64,000 nucleotides of DNA from Candidatus Latescibacterota bacterium (GTDB lineage: Bacteria; JAAXHH01), in assembly GCA_012270975.1 (NCBI GenBank), contig JAAXHH010000141.1, positions 122,335 through 186,334 on the forward strand. Direction: 5' to 3'. Of the stretch, positions 53,330 to 62,780 are shown in pieces; the first letter of the stretch is position 1, and each line of letters starts with the position of its first letter. A program made the position numbers and the translations under genes. Below the pieces are notes generated by a model. The model made no database searches, was not told the origin of the DNA, and worked only from the letters and a program-made list of their open reading frames with translations.

Positions 53330-54871
53330 TCAGATATCCATCCATTTGCCACGGTCCAGCGACCGGTACTGTATCGCTTCGCCCACGTGTTCGGCGTTGA
53401 TCTCTTCCCTGCCGGCCAGGTCGCCGATGGTCCTGGCGACCTTCAGGATTCGATCATAGGCCCTGGCGGAGAGGCCCAGGCGGGCGATGGCGTTTCGCAG
53501 CAGATCGTGGGCCCTGTCGTCCATCCTGCAGTATCGGCGAAGGTCGCGGGGCGTCATGTGCGCGTTTCCGAAGGAACCGGGATGATTTGAAAACCGCGGC
53601 AACTGGCGGTCCCTGGCCTGGTTGACCCGGTCCCGGATGCGACCGGAGGATTCACCGCCGGATCCGTCGGCTAAGGTTCTGTACGGTACCGGAGGCACCT
53701 CGATGTGCAGATCGATCCGATCGAGCAGCGGTCCTGAAATCCGGGACATGTAACGCTGAATCCGGGCGGGTGGGCAGGTACATTCATGGCTCGGATCGCC
53801 GAAATATCCGCACGGACATGGATTCATGGCGGCGACTAGAGTAAACCTCGCGGGGTAGGCCAGGGACCGGGAGGCGCGGGACAGCGCGACCTTCCCTTCC
53901 TCAAGGGGTTGGCGCAGCAAATCGAGCACGTGCTTCTTGAATTCCGGCATCTCATCCAGGAACAGCACGCCGTTGTGGGCGAGCGACACCTCTCCCGGCT
54001 TCGGCATCCGCCCGCCGCCGATCAGTCCCGCTTCGGTAATGGTATGATGCGGCGCGCGGTAGGGCCTGGAAGTAACCAGGGGCTTAAAGGGCGGTATCCT
54101 GCCCGTCACGCTGTGTATCTTGGTGGTCTCCAGCGCCTCCTCCAGGGTGAAATCTGGAAGAATGGACGACACGCAGCGGGCGAGCATGGTTTTCCCTGAT
54201 CCCGGCGGACCGATGAGCAGCAGATTATGCGACCCCGCTGCGGCCACTTCGATGGCCCTTTTAGCATGATCCTGCCCCTTGACGTCGGCAAAATCGAAGG
54301 GGTATTCCACCTCGGATGCAAGAAGTTGATCCGCGGTGTGCAGGAACGGTCTGAAGCCTTCCCGGCCCTGGAGGAAGCGGACCGCGGATGCCAAAGACGG
54401 TATGCCGAACACGTCGATGTCCCGAGCCATCGCGGCCTCCTTCGCGTTCTCGCGCGGAACGATCAGCCGCCGCGCGCCCTGGCGCTGCGCTGCAAGGGCA
54501 ATCGGCAACGCACCTCTGACCGGACGGAGGGTGCCGTTCAGCGACAGCTCACCGATCAGGACGGTATCTTCGAGCGACTGGGACGGCAACTGTGCCGACG
54601 CGGCGAGAATGCCCACGGCGATGGGGAGATCGAACGATGTACCCACTTTTCGCACGTTCGCCGGCGCAAGGTTGACAGTGATCCGTCGGTACGGATAGGC
54701 CATACCGGACTGCTTGATGGCTGCCACGACGCGGTCCTTGCTCTCCCGCACGGCGCTGTCCGGCAGCCCGACCGTGGAAAAATGCGGTAGTCCGGTCGTG
54801 ATATGGGTTTCCACGACCACGCGGATAGCGTCGATGCCCTGCACGGCACCGCTTGAAACACGCGACAGCAA
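53330..54871 (-). CDS. YifB/ComM family Mg-chelatase-like AAA+ ATPase
   Basis: 513 aa. It has an N-terminal Lon-like domain, Walker A (GPPGSGKT) and Walker B (VLFLDEMPEF), plus a C-terminal Mg_chelatase_C. Confidence 0.9.
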   Translation of the reverse strand: MLSRVSSGAVQGIDAIRVVVETHITTGLPHFSTVGLPDSAVRESKDRVVAAIKQSGMAYPYRRITVNLAPANVRKVGTSFDLPIAVGILAASAQLPSQSLEDTVLIGELSLNGTLRPVRGALPIALAAQRQGARRLIVPRENAKEAAMARDIDVFGIPSLASAVRFLQGREGFRPFLHTADQLLASEVEYPFDFADVKGQDHAKRAIEVAAAGSHNLLLIGPPGSGKTMLARCVSSILPDFTLEEALETTKIHSVTGRIPPFKPLVTSRPYRAPHHTITEAGLIGGGRMPKPGEVSLAHNGVLFLDEMPEFKKHVLDLLRQPLEEGKVALSRASRSLAYPARFTLVAAMNPCPCGYFGDPSHECTCPPARIQRYMSRISGPLLDRIDLHIEVPPVPYRTLADGSGGESSGRIRDRVNQARDRQLPRFSNHPGSFGNAHMTPRDLRRYCRMDDRAHDLLRNAIARLGLSARAYDRILKVARTIGDLAGREEINAEHVGEAIQYRSLDRGKWMDI

Positions 54872-55020
54872 GCTTTACCCCCTTCTGAAGCTACATTGAT
54901 CGTCCAGGTTGCCGGTCTGGGAATCCGGGACCGGAATCTCTGCCTTTACACTTCCTTACAGTCGGCAAGTACGGGGAGAATCTCGTTTCCCTATGCCATC
55001 GGCACTTTTACTGATTTCTG

Positions 55021-55049
55021 TTGCGACGGCGTCCCGGGCCCCATATATT
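55021..55049 (+). promoter_or_regulatory. Putative sigma70 promoter (TTGCGA-17-TATATT) for yggS-yggT-divIVA
   Basis: ttgcgacggcgtcccgggccccatatatt lies 30 nt upstream of the TTG start at 55081. GGTGAGG is at 55067-55073. Confidence 0.45.
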
Positions 55050-55080
55050 ATCAGACTGGTTTTTCGGTGAGGCTGATCCT

Positions 55081-55770
55081 TTGTCCACGATCAAAGACAA
55101 TCTGGCCCGGGTGTACGACCGTATATCCAGGACCGCCGAACGAGCCGGCCGCGAGGCCTCATCCATTCGCCTCATTGCGGTATCGAAGACCAAGCCCCTG
55201 TCGATGATCGAAGAAGCCCTTCGGGCCGGTGCCACGGATTTCGGCGAAAACAGGGTGCAGGAAGCGCTTGAAAAGATCCGCCCGGACGACGGAGCCACGT
55301 GGCACCTGATCGGTCCGCTGCAGCGGAACAAGGCGAAATTCGCAGCGCGGGCTTTCGACATGATTCATTCCGTCGACCGCCTTTCGCTCGGCAGTGAACT
55401 GGACCGCCGGCTGCAATCCGCGGGCAGGATCATGCCCGTGTTGATCCAGGTCAACACGTCTTCGGAAGAAACGAAGGCAGGCGTGGAACCGGACCGCGCC
55501 CTGGAACTCGCGGAGCAATTGTCCACCCTTTCCGGTTTGTCCGTCAGGGGGCTGATGACGATTCCGGCGTTCACGCCCGATCCGGAGGATGCCCGGCCTG
55601 CTTTCACGCTGCTTCGGGAAACGAGAGACCGCATCGCGTCCGCCAGTATACCGGGCGTTCGCATGGACGTACTCTCCATGGGCATGTCCCACGACTTCGA
55701 GGTAGCCATAGAAGAAGGCGCGGACATGATACGGGTCGGAACGGCCATATTCGGCGCACGCCCGGGATGA
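55081..55770 (+). CDS. yggS: YggS family pyridoxal-phosphate homeostasis protein (alanine-racemase-N-terminal fold)
   Basis: A TTG start gives STIKDNLARVYDRISRTAERAGREASSIRLIAVSKTKP, colinear with YggS N-termini. The PLP-Lys is in AVSKTKP. The track ORF starts 60 nt earlier. Confidence 0.8.
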   Translation: MSTIKDNLARVYDRISRTAERAGREASSIRLIAVSKTKPLSMIEEALRAGATDFGENRVQEALEKIRPDDGATWHLIGPLQRNKAKFAARAFDMIHSVDRLSLGSELDRRLQSAGRIMPVLIQVNTSSEETKAGVEPDRALELAEQLSTLSGLSVRGLMTIPAFTPDPEDARPAFTLLRETRDRIASASIPGVRMDVLSMGMSHDFEVAIEEGADMIRVGTAIFGARPG

Positions 55771-55823
55771 TGCGCCGCCGAACCGGCCGTACCACCGATC
55801 CGGGTGGTTAAACGGAACCCGAC

Positions 55824-56648
55824 ATGGGACTGATCGAGTTTATCATCAACATCTACATGCTGGCCTTCGGTCTTCGCCTGTTCATGCCGGCCGCGAGTCC
55901 CTTCAGCGAGAATCCGATTCAGCGGGGACTCTACACGGCGACGGAACCGGTGCTTCGGCCCATACGCCAGGTTGTAATGCGCGGCGAGCCCCGTTTCGAC
56001 TGGTCGCCGGTCTTTGCCATAATCGCCCTCGTGATCGTGCGGGGATTCCTTGCGACGGTCATCATGGGCGTGCCCATATCCGCCTCCATGGCCTCCGGCG
56101 TGCTGGACGTGTTCGATTTTGTGGCACGGGTGCTTGCCATCCTGTTCCTCGGTGCCTTTTTCATTTCCATCGAGTCTCCATTCGCCTTCAGTCAGTCAGG
56201 CCACATGATGCACAACATCGCCCACTTCTTCCTTGCGCCCATCCGCCGCTTCACCGGCTACCGAATAGGCCGTGCGGACATTTCGGCGCTGCTGGGCATC
56301 GTACTGCTGGGCGTTCTTCATGGTCTCGTACTGTACCAGGCCGGGGCGCTTGTCGCCCAGGCGCCCGATTCGGTGGCGGCCATGATCCTGGAGAGTATCG
56401 TCTACCTGATCGACTTCATATTCGACGTGCTCTTTATCGTGATCCTCGTACGCGCGGTGCTCTCGTTCTTCAACCCGGACACGGGCAATGCGCTCTTTCA
56501 GATGCTCATCCTGTACAGCGATCCCATACTGGACCCGATACGTCGAATACTGCCGTCTACGTACGGCATCGATTTTTCACCGCTGATCGCTATTCTGATA
56601 CTCAGGTTTATCCAGGTTAGTCTCCTGCCCCTGTTGCTTCGGGTCTGA
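55824..56648 (+). CDS. yggT: YggT family membrane protein with a duplicated YGGT domain
   Basis: 274 aa. It contains two YGGT-like halves (…IQRGLYTATEPVLRPIRQ… and …LILYSDPILDPIRRILP…). Confidence 0.75.
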   Translation: MGLIEFIINIYMLAFGLRLFMPAASPFSENPIQRGLYTATEPVLRPIRQVVMRGEPRFDWSPVFAIIALVIVRGFLATVIMGVPISASMASGVLDVFDFVARVLAILFLGAFFISIESPFAFSQSGHMMHNIAHFFLAPIRRFTGYRIGRADISALLGIVLLGVLHGLVLYQAGALVAQAPDSVAAMILESIVYLIDFIFDVLFIVILVRAVLSFFNPDTGNALFQMLILYSDPILDPIRRILPSTYGIDFSPLIAILILRFIQVSLLPLLLRV

Positions 56649-56680
56649 CCGGAGCGCGGACCAGAAAAAGAGGTGGATGC

Positions 56681-57175
56681 ATGGACATCAGTCCGGAAGA
56701 AATTCGGAGTCAGAAATTCAAGTCGCGTTGGGTCAGCGGTTATGATATGGATGAAGTGGAAGCGTTTCTGAACACGACCGCCAGCGCCTTCGAAGCCCTG
56801 GCCAGGGAGAATGAATCCCTGCGCGGCAAGTTGTCGGAGATGGACGAAGAGATATCCGATATCGGAAGAAGACGCAAGTTGCTCGAAGACGCGCTGGTGT
56901 CCGCGCAGCGGGTCATACACGACATGAAAGCCAACGCCATGAAAGAAGCGGAGAACGTGTTGAAGGAAGCGGAAAACCAGGCGGACCGCTGGATATCCGA
57001 CGCAAACAGCCAGGTCTCCGAAATCAAGCGGGAACTCCGGGAACTCACCGCTTTGAGAAAGGACTATGAGGTTAAATTCAGGATTCTGCTCGAGTCCCAC
57101 CAGGAACAACTTAACGCCATGCGGAGCATGGAGAACGAAAACGGTGAGAAATCGACGTTGGATCTCGCGCCGTAG
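56681..57175 (+). CDS. divIVA: DivIVA domain protein (cell-division/polarity coiled-coil)
   Basis: 164 aa. The N-terminal DivIVA motif is ISPEEIRSQKFKSRWVSGYDMDEVEAFL, followed by a coiled coil. Confidence 0.85.
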   Translation: MDISPEEIRSQKFKSRWVSGYDMDEVEAFLNTTASAFEALARENESLRGKLSEMDEEISDIGRRRKLLEDALVSAQRVIHDMKANAMKEAENVLKEAENQADRWISDANSQVSEIKRELRELTALRKDYEVKFRILLESHQEQLNAMRSMENENGEKSTLDLAP

Positions 57176-57272
57176 TCAGGGCCGGCTTGAACAGGGGTTA
57201 TAGCTCGAATGCCGCGGTCGGCCCGGCCAGCATACGGCGGCATGGCCGGCATAGCCAGCCCCGCAGGGAAAG

Positions 57273-58034
57273 ATGACATACGACCGAATCTCGATGATGG
57301 CGGGCAGGATGGGGGACCGCCTGCAGGGCAGCAGAATCGCCGGCCTGATGCTTCCGCGAGTATCTTCGTGCGTGTCGCCCTGGAAGGAGATTGAACCCCC
57401 TGAATCCTGGACGCCCTTCGAAACAGTGTATCAGGCCGGTCCGTTCCTGCTGCCTTCCTTCGGAAACGGCCTGGACCTGGAACGCAGAATAGATGCGGTG
57501 CGGGTGCTGCGGATGTTGCACGCCGAGGGCCTTGTCATGGCGGTGGGCTGTTGCGCACTGGCAGGAAGCGTTAAAGCAGGTTCTATCGTGGTCATTGACG
57601 ATCATGTCAACTGCACCGGCGAGAATCCGCTTCGGGGACCGAACGACGACCGGCTGGGCCCAAGGTATCCCGACATGAGCGAACCCTATGACGCGCTCTG
57701 GACACGCAGCCTGGAACGGGGCGCCGCATCGATGGGACTCGGCGTGCAGAGCGCGGTGTATGGGCGGATCGACCGGACTGTGACCGGGGATGAACTCGGC
57801 ACATGGGAAAAAAAGACGGGAATCGATGTGGTCGGCGAAGGGTTGCTGGATGAGGTGATCGCGGCCGTACACTGCGGTTTGCCGGTGGCCGCGGCAGGCG
57901 TCGTTGAAAAGAGTTGGACGGGCGACGGAAATGCTTTATGTTCGTCGATGCCCGCGCACAGCGAGGACTACGGGCGGCTGGCGGAACTTATCAATCAATG
58001 TCTTCTTTGTCGTGGAGGTATGGATGACGGGTGA
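57273..58034 (+). CDS. Purine/uridine nucleoside phosphorylase family I homolog with degenerate N-terminal and active-site motifs
   Basis: 253 aa. The segment VMAVGCCALAGSVKAGSIVVIDDHVNCTGENPLRGPNDDRLGPRYPDMSEPYD is colinear with PNP/XapA (…TNAAGSL…DHIN…NPL…NDDRFG…). The N-terminal phosphate loop (GSGLG) is not evident. Confidence 0.6.
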   Translation: MTYDRISMMAGRMGDRLQGSRIAGLMLPRVSSCVSPWKEIEPPESWTPFETVYQAGPFLLPSFGNGLDLERRIDAVRVLRMLHAEGLVMAVGCCALAGSVKAGSIVVIDDHVNCTGENPLRGPNDDRLGPRYPDMSEPYDALWTRSLERGAASMGLGVQSAVYGRIDRTVTGDELGTWEKKTGIDVVGEGLLDEVIAAVHCGLPVAAAGVVEKSWTGDGNALCSSMPAHSEDYGRLAELINQCLLCRGGMDDG

Positions 58035-58398
58035 AGATCTGAAGCGATTCGAAAAACTCCTGCTCGAGAAGCGCGAGACGCTGTTGCATGAGTTGGGTTA
58101 TTTCGGTGACAAGACGATTAACTCCGCCGCACGCGATGTCGCGGGAAGCTATCCCTTTTCGGAACACCCGGCAGACCAGGGTACCGAATCCATGGAGCAG
58201 GAACAGGCCTATGACCTCGCTTCCCGCGAGGGCAGATTCCTGTTTCATATCGACGAAGCCCTGGAGAGAATCAAGAACGGCGCCTACGGTCGTTGCTACG
58301 TATGCAATGGTGAAATCGGCAAGGCGCGGCTCGAGGCCGTACCCCACGCCCGCATGTGCATCGAATGTAAATCCAAGGAAGAACGAGGTCTGATCTAA
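58024..58398 (+). CDS. TraR/DksA family C4-type zinc-finger protein
   Basis: ATG 58024 (RBS GGAGG) gives MTGEDLKRFEKLLLEKRETLL… and CYVCNGEIGKARLEAVPHARMCIECK (C4 finger). It overlaps the PNP-like gene end by 11 nt. Confidence 0.8.
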   Translation: MTGEDLKRFEKLLLEKRETLLHELGYFGDKTINSAARDVAGSYPFSEHPADQGTESMEQEQAYDLASREGRFLFHIDEALERIKNGAYGRCYVCNGEIGKARLEAVPHARMCIECKSKEERGLI

Positions 58399-58450
58399 CA
58401 TCTCTGGACAGCGCGTATTATCACAACCGCTCGTCGTCTGCGCCGGAATC

Positions 58451-58894
58451 GTGATCCTGGACCAGCTTACGAAGATCGCCGTTCAGCAGTGGATGACGCT
58501 GCACCAGTCCTATCCCCTCCTGGGGGACGTGGTTCAGTTTACGTACATACGGAACCCCGGGGCGGCGTTCGGAATCACTTTCGGCGGCCGCTGGCTTTAC
58601 CTTGTCCTGTCGATCGTGGCATGCGCCGTCATGATCTTCTACCTCGTCAAGCTTCCCGCTACCGAGCGACGGGGACGGTACGCCATGATGACCGTACTTG
58701 GCGGCGCCGCGGGGAACCTTATCGACCGTGCGCTCTACGGCGAGGTCACGGATTTCATCGATATCGGGGCGGGAGCTTACCGATGGCCGGTTTTCAACGT
58801 CGCGGACTCCGCCGTAACCATCGGTATCATCCTGCTCTTCACGCGGCTGCCCGCCATAAACCGGATCTTGAACGATGAAGCGCCTTCCGGATGA
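58451..58894 (+). CDS. lspA: Lipoprotein signal peptidase (signal peptidase II)
   Basis: 147 aa from GTG 58451. It has the conserved NPGAAFG and FNVADSAVTIG (catalytic Asp) motifs. The N-terminus may be incomplete (see findings). Confidence 0.8.
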   Translation: MILDQLTKIAVQQWMTLHQSYPLLGDVVQFTYIRNPGAAFGITFGGRWLYLVLSIVACAVMIFYLVKLPATERRGRYAMMTVLGGAAGNLIDRALYGEVTDFIDIGAGAYRWPVFNVADSAVTIGIILLFTRLPAINRILNDEAPSG

Positions 58895-59873
58895 ACGGGA
58901 GGGATCCTTCGTCGAGACCGTGGTGCCGTCCGATCTGTCTCTGAGGCGCCTGGACCAGTATCTATCGGAAACCGACCTGCCGGCAACGAGGTCGAGAATC
59001 CAGCGTTGGATACGGGATGGTGGGGTTTCGGTCAACTCGGTAGTCGTCGAAAAGTGCGGTCACAGGGTGTCCGAAGGCGACATCGTCACGGTGACTGTGC
59101 CCGATCCTCCCGCTTCCCGTGCCGAACCGGAGTCCATTCCGCTGGACGTCGTCTACGAAGACGATGCGCTCCTGGTCGTGAACAAGGCGGCGGGCATGGT
59201 CGTTCACCCCGCGGCCGGTCATGCGGGATCGACGCTGGTGAACGCGCTTCTGCATCACTGCAAAGGCCTGAAGCAATTTGACGATCCCGTCCGTCCGGGC
59301 ATTGTGCATCGATTGGACAAGGATACGTCCGGCCTGATGATCGTCGCAAAACGCGAAGATGCCCATACGCTGCTTTCGCGCCAGCTGGCTGAACGCCGGG
59401 TCAAGCGCGGATATACCGGGCTGGTATGGGGTTGTCCCGCGAAATCATCGGGTACGGTCGACGCGCCGATCGGGCGGCATCCCCGGCACAGGCAGCGGAT
59501 GGCCGTAGTCGAAGAGAGCGGGGGCCGCCGGGCCGTCACGCATTTCAGGGTGCGCAGCGTGATGGACGACGGGACGCTGCTTTCCCTGACCCTGGAAACG
59601 GGACGCACCCATCAGATCAGGGTCCACCTGGCCCATTTGGGCCATCCCATCATCGGAGACCCTGTTTACGGCGGACGAGTGAAGCGGCTGGCCAGAATCG
59701 CGCCCCATCGCCGCCCGAGGCTGAGAATGATGCTGGATGTCATGCGGCGGCAAGCGCTGCATGCATCCGAACTGGAGTTTATCCATCCCTACTCGGGTCG
59801 GGTCCATTCCTTCAGGGTGCCCGTACCCGACGATATGCGACAGGCTGTCGCTTTACTGTCCGGCAGCGACTGA
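58875..59873 (+). CDS. rluD: RluA/RluD family 23S rRNA pseudouridine synthase with an N-terminal S4 domain
   Basis: 332 aa. It has RLDQYL (S4) and the catalytic HRLDKDTSGLMIVAK motif. It overlaps lspA by 20 nt. Confidence 0.85.
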   Translation: MKRLPDEREGSFVETVVPSDLSLRRLDQYLSETDLPATRSRIQRWIRDGGVSVNSVVVEKCGHRVSEGDIVTVTVPDPPASRAEPESIPLDVVYEDDALLVVNKAAGMVVHPAAGHAGSTLVNALLHHCKGLKQFDDPVRPGIVHRLDKDTSGLMIVAKREDAHTLLSRQLAERRVKRGYTGLVWGCPAKSSGTVDAPIGRHPRHRQRMAVVEESGGRRAVTHFRVRSVMDDGTLLSLTLETGRTHQIRVHLAHLGHPIIGDPVYGGRVKRLARIAPHRRPRLRMMLDVMRRQALHASELEFIHPYSGRVHSFRVPVPDDMRQAVALLSGSD

Positions 59874-59952
59874 GCGTTTCGTCCTGTCCGAACAGGTGGG
59901 AACGATCCGGGAAAACCCGTCCGCAGCAGCGGACACCAGACCCCTGAATATC

Positions 59953-61707
59953 ATGCTGGAACCGTCAGTAGCAGAGACACGATCGGATATCCTGTGGCAC
60001 CGTGTGGTCGAGGGTCTGACCCGCATGACGGCCGCAACGGGAGAAGCCGACCTGTCTGCCGCCATAGAAGAGATTACCCTGGAGTTGTCGGGTGCGGAAA
60101 CATGCCGTTTCTTCATGGTGGACTGCGTCTCGAACCGTATCGTCTTCGAAACCTCCAGCTGCGGTTTTCTCCATCCCGTCGCATCCGCGGAGGTCGAGGC
60201 GCTGCTGGCCTGGCTGCGCCCACAGCCCAGTACGCGTCTGATCGACGACCCGGACGAAATGGACTGGCCCGCACGCATTCTGCCCGACCGGGGGGTCCTG
60301 GCCGGCCAGGCCGTGCTGTTCCATCACCAGATCGACGACCGGTTTTACTGCGTCATGCTGGCGATCATGGCGGCGGATCAGACCGTATTCGACCCCGAAC
60401 AGCTGGAAGTGACCATTTCCCTGGCAAGACACGCGGGATATGCCGTCACGCGGCTCGTGCACTTCAAGCTGGCCAGGCAGGAAATGCTGCATCGGACCGC
60501 GCTGTACGAGGTCGGGAAACAGATCAGCAGTTCGCTGGACATAAACGAAGTGCTGAACGCGATCATCGACGCCCTCCAGACCGTGGTTCCGTATGACGCG
60601 GCGGGCATCTTTCTGCTGGATGAAGACCAGAACGCCGTGGTCGAACATACCACCCGGGGATATTCGCCGGACATGAACGCGATCAACCTCGAGATGGGCG
60701 AGGGAATCAGCGGTTCGGCGGCCGCCACGGGCAAGGCGATCATCGTGCCCGATGTGTCCATGGACGAACGATATGTGCAGCATCATCCGGGAACGAAATC
60801 GGAAATGGCCGTTCCCCTGCTGTCCGGCGGCCAGGTTATCGGGGTATTCAACATCGAAAACAACCGGGTCAACGCCTATGACGAGGAAAGCCAGTCCCTG
60901 CTCGAGGCCTTTGCATCCCAGGCGAGTATCGCCATACAGAACGCCCGCCTGTTCGACGAAGCCCGCCGTAGCCGGATACTGGACAGGGAACTCGAAGTCG
61001 CGGGGGAAATCCAGCGTACCTTGCTGCCTCGCGCGGTCCCCGAGGTTCCCGGACTTTCCCTGGCCGCGTACAGCGAACCGAGCAGGGAAGTGGGGGGCGA
61101 CTTCTACGATTTCATTCCCTTCTCCGACAAACAACTGGGCCTGGCCGTGGGAGACGTGGTCGGCAAGGGCATACCCGCGGCACTGACCATGGCTTCGCTT
61201 TACACGTCCTTTCACGAATTCGCCAACTACTATGTTTACCTGCCGAGCTACGTGATCGGCCACGTCAACGAAGTCCTGTACGAAGTCACCTCCGCCGATC
61301 GATTCGCGACCCTGTTCTACGGCATAGCGAACATGCAGGAGAATACGTTCGTCTATTGCAATGCCGGCCATCCCCCTCCCGTTCTGTGCCGGAAGTCGGG
61401 TGAAACGGTCAATCTGTACACGGGGGGATTGATCGTGGGTTCGTTCGAAGACGCCGGTTTCGAAGACGGACGCGTGTACCTGAACGAAGGCGACGTCGTG
61501 GTGCTGTATACAGATGGCCTGATCGAAAAATCAAACGACCAGGACGAGATTTTCGGCATCGATCGGCTGGAAGAGGCGATCAGGGACTGCCATGACTGCC
61601 CGGTGGAGGAGATCAGGGACCATTTGATCGAAGTATGGCGGGCCTTTGTAGGCAATGGACGCCAGGACGATGATACGACCATGATTGTCGTCAAGCGGGA
61701 GCACTGA
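59953..61707 (+). CDS. GAF-domain-containing PP2C (SpoIIE/RsbU family) serine phosphatase
   Basis: ATG 59953 is preferred because the track's upstream part overlaps rluD. Two GAF-like regions (…GISGSAAATGKAIIVPDVSMDERY…) precede a PP2C domain (GGDFYDFIP…LAVGDVVGKG…LYTDGLIEK). Confidence 0.75.
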   Translation: MLEPSVAETRSDILWHRVVEGLTRMTAATGEADLSAAIEEITLELSGAETCRFFMVDCVSNRIVFETSSCGFLHPVASAEVEALLAWLRPQPSTRLIDDPDEMDWPARILPDRGVLAGQAVLFHHQIDDRFYCVMLAIMAADQTVFDPEQLEVTISLARHAGYAVTRLVHFKLARQEMLHRTALYEVGKQISSSLDINEVLNAIIDALQTVVPYDAAGIFLLDEDQNAVVEHTTRGYSPDMNAINLEMGEGISGSAAATGKAIIVPDVSMDERYVQHHPGTKSEMAVPLLSGGQVIGVFNIENNRVNAYDEESQSLLEAFASQASIAIQNARLFDEARRSRILDRELEVAGEIQRTLLPRAVPEVPGLSLAAYSEPSREVGGDFYDFIPFSDKQLGLAVGDVVGKGIPAALTMASLYTSFHEFANYYVYLPSYVIGHVNEVLYEVTSADRFATLFYGIANMQENTFVYCNAGHPPPVLCRKSGETVNLYTGGLIVGSFEDAGFEDGRVYLNEGDVVVLYTDGLIEKSNDQDEIFGIDRLEEAIRDCHDCPVEEIRDHLIEVWRAFVGNGRQDDDTTMIVVKREH

Positions 61708-61782
61708 TTTCAAGGATGGGCAGGCCGGGGCATGTCCTGCCATCAAACCAATTACGCGTCAGGAATCTCCGGAGGAATGGGA

Positions 61783-62748
61783 ATGGGCGTTCGCATAGGT
61801 TTTATCGGAACGGGTGGTATCGCGGGCATGCACCTGGGTCTTCTGCCCGGTATCGAACGGGCGGAACTCGTGGCGTTTTCAGACATCCTGATCGACCGGG
61901 CCCGGGCCGCGGCGGACCGTTGCGGCGGACGCGCATACGCCGACTACCGTGAAATGCTGGACAGGGAACAGTTGGACGCCGTGTACGTATGCCTCCCGCC
62001 CTTTGCCCACGGTGACCCGGAGTTCGCCGTGCTGGAACGAAACCTCCACCTGTTCGTCGAGAAGCCCCAGGCGCTGGACGTGGAAACCGCGCGGAACATC
62101 GCGGCGAAAGTCGAAGAAACCGGCGTCCTGTCCTGCGTCGGGTACAACTGGCGTTACCTGGACGTGACGCAGAAGGCGAGAGAACTGCTGACCGGCGTAC
62201 GTCCCGCGCTGGCCCTCGGCTACTGGATCGGCAACACGCCGGGGTCGCCCTGGTGGCGCGTAAAATCCAAGTCGGGCGGCCAGATCGTGGAGCAGACCAC
62301 GCACGTGTACGACTGCGCGAGGTACCTGATGGGCGACGTGGTCAGCGTTTATGCGGCCGGAACGAAGGGACTGATGGAGGATCTGCCCGATTACGACGTG
62401 GAGGACGCCAGCACCGTATCCCTCACGTTTGAAAGCGGTGCCGTGGCCACCATACTCTCTTCCTGTGTCGCCGAACAGGGATATGGCACGGCACTGGAGG
62501 TCATTGCCCGCGGTCTGACCGTGAAGATCGGAGGCGGGAACCTGGAGGTCGTACGCGAGAATGAAACCGTACGGTATCCGGGCCGGAACAATCCTTACCA
62601 GCTCGAAAATGAACTCTTCCTCCAGGCCATCGAAGAGGGGAACCCTTCCCTGATCCGGTCGGCCTACGGCGATGTGGTCGGCAGCCTGGCCGTCACCCTC
62701 GCGGCGAATGAATCCATGGAGACAGGCGAGGTCGTCCGGCTCGGTTAG
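61783..62748 (+). CDS. Gfo/Idh/MocA family NAD(P)-dependent oxidoreductase
   Basis: GGAGG lies 7 nt before ATG 61783 and gives MGVRIGFIGTGGIAGMHL (Rossmann). The C-terminal fold is the GFO_IDH_MocA type. Confidence 0.8.
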   Translation: MGVRIGFIGTGGIAGMHLGLLPGIERAELVAFSDILIDRARAAADRCGGRAYADYREMLDREQLDAVYVCLPPFAHGDPEFAVLERNLHLFVEKPQALDVETARNIAAKVEETGVLSCVGYNWRYLDVTQKARELLTGVRPALALGYWIGNTPGSPWWRVKSKSGGQIVEQTTHVYDCARYLMGDVVSVYAAGTKGLMEDLPDYDVEDASTVSLTFESGAVATILSSCVAEQGYGTALEVIARGLTVKIGGGNLEVVRENETVRYPGRNNPYQLENELFLQAIEEGNPSLIRSAYGDVVGSLAVTLAANESMETGEVVRLG

Positions 62749-62780
62749 ATCGATTGGGAATCGCCCGGAATGCCGGCCGG

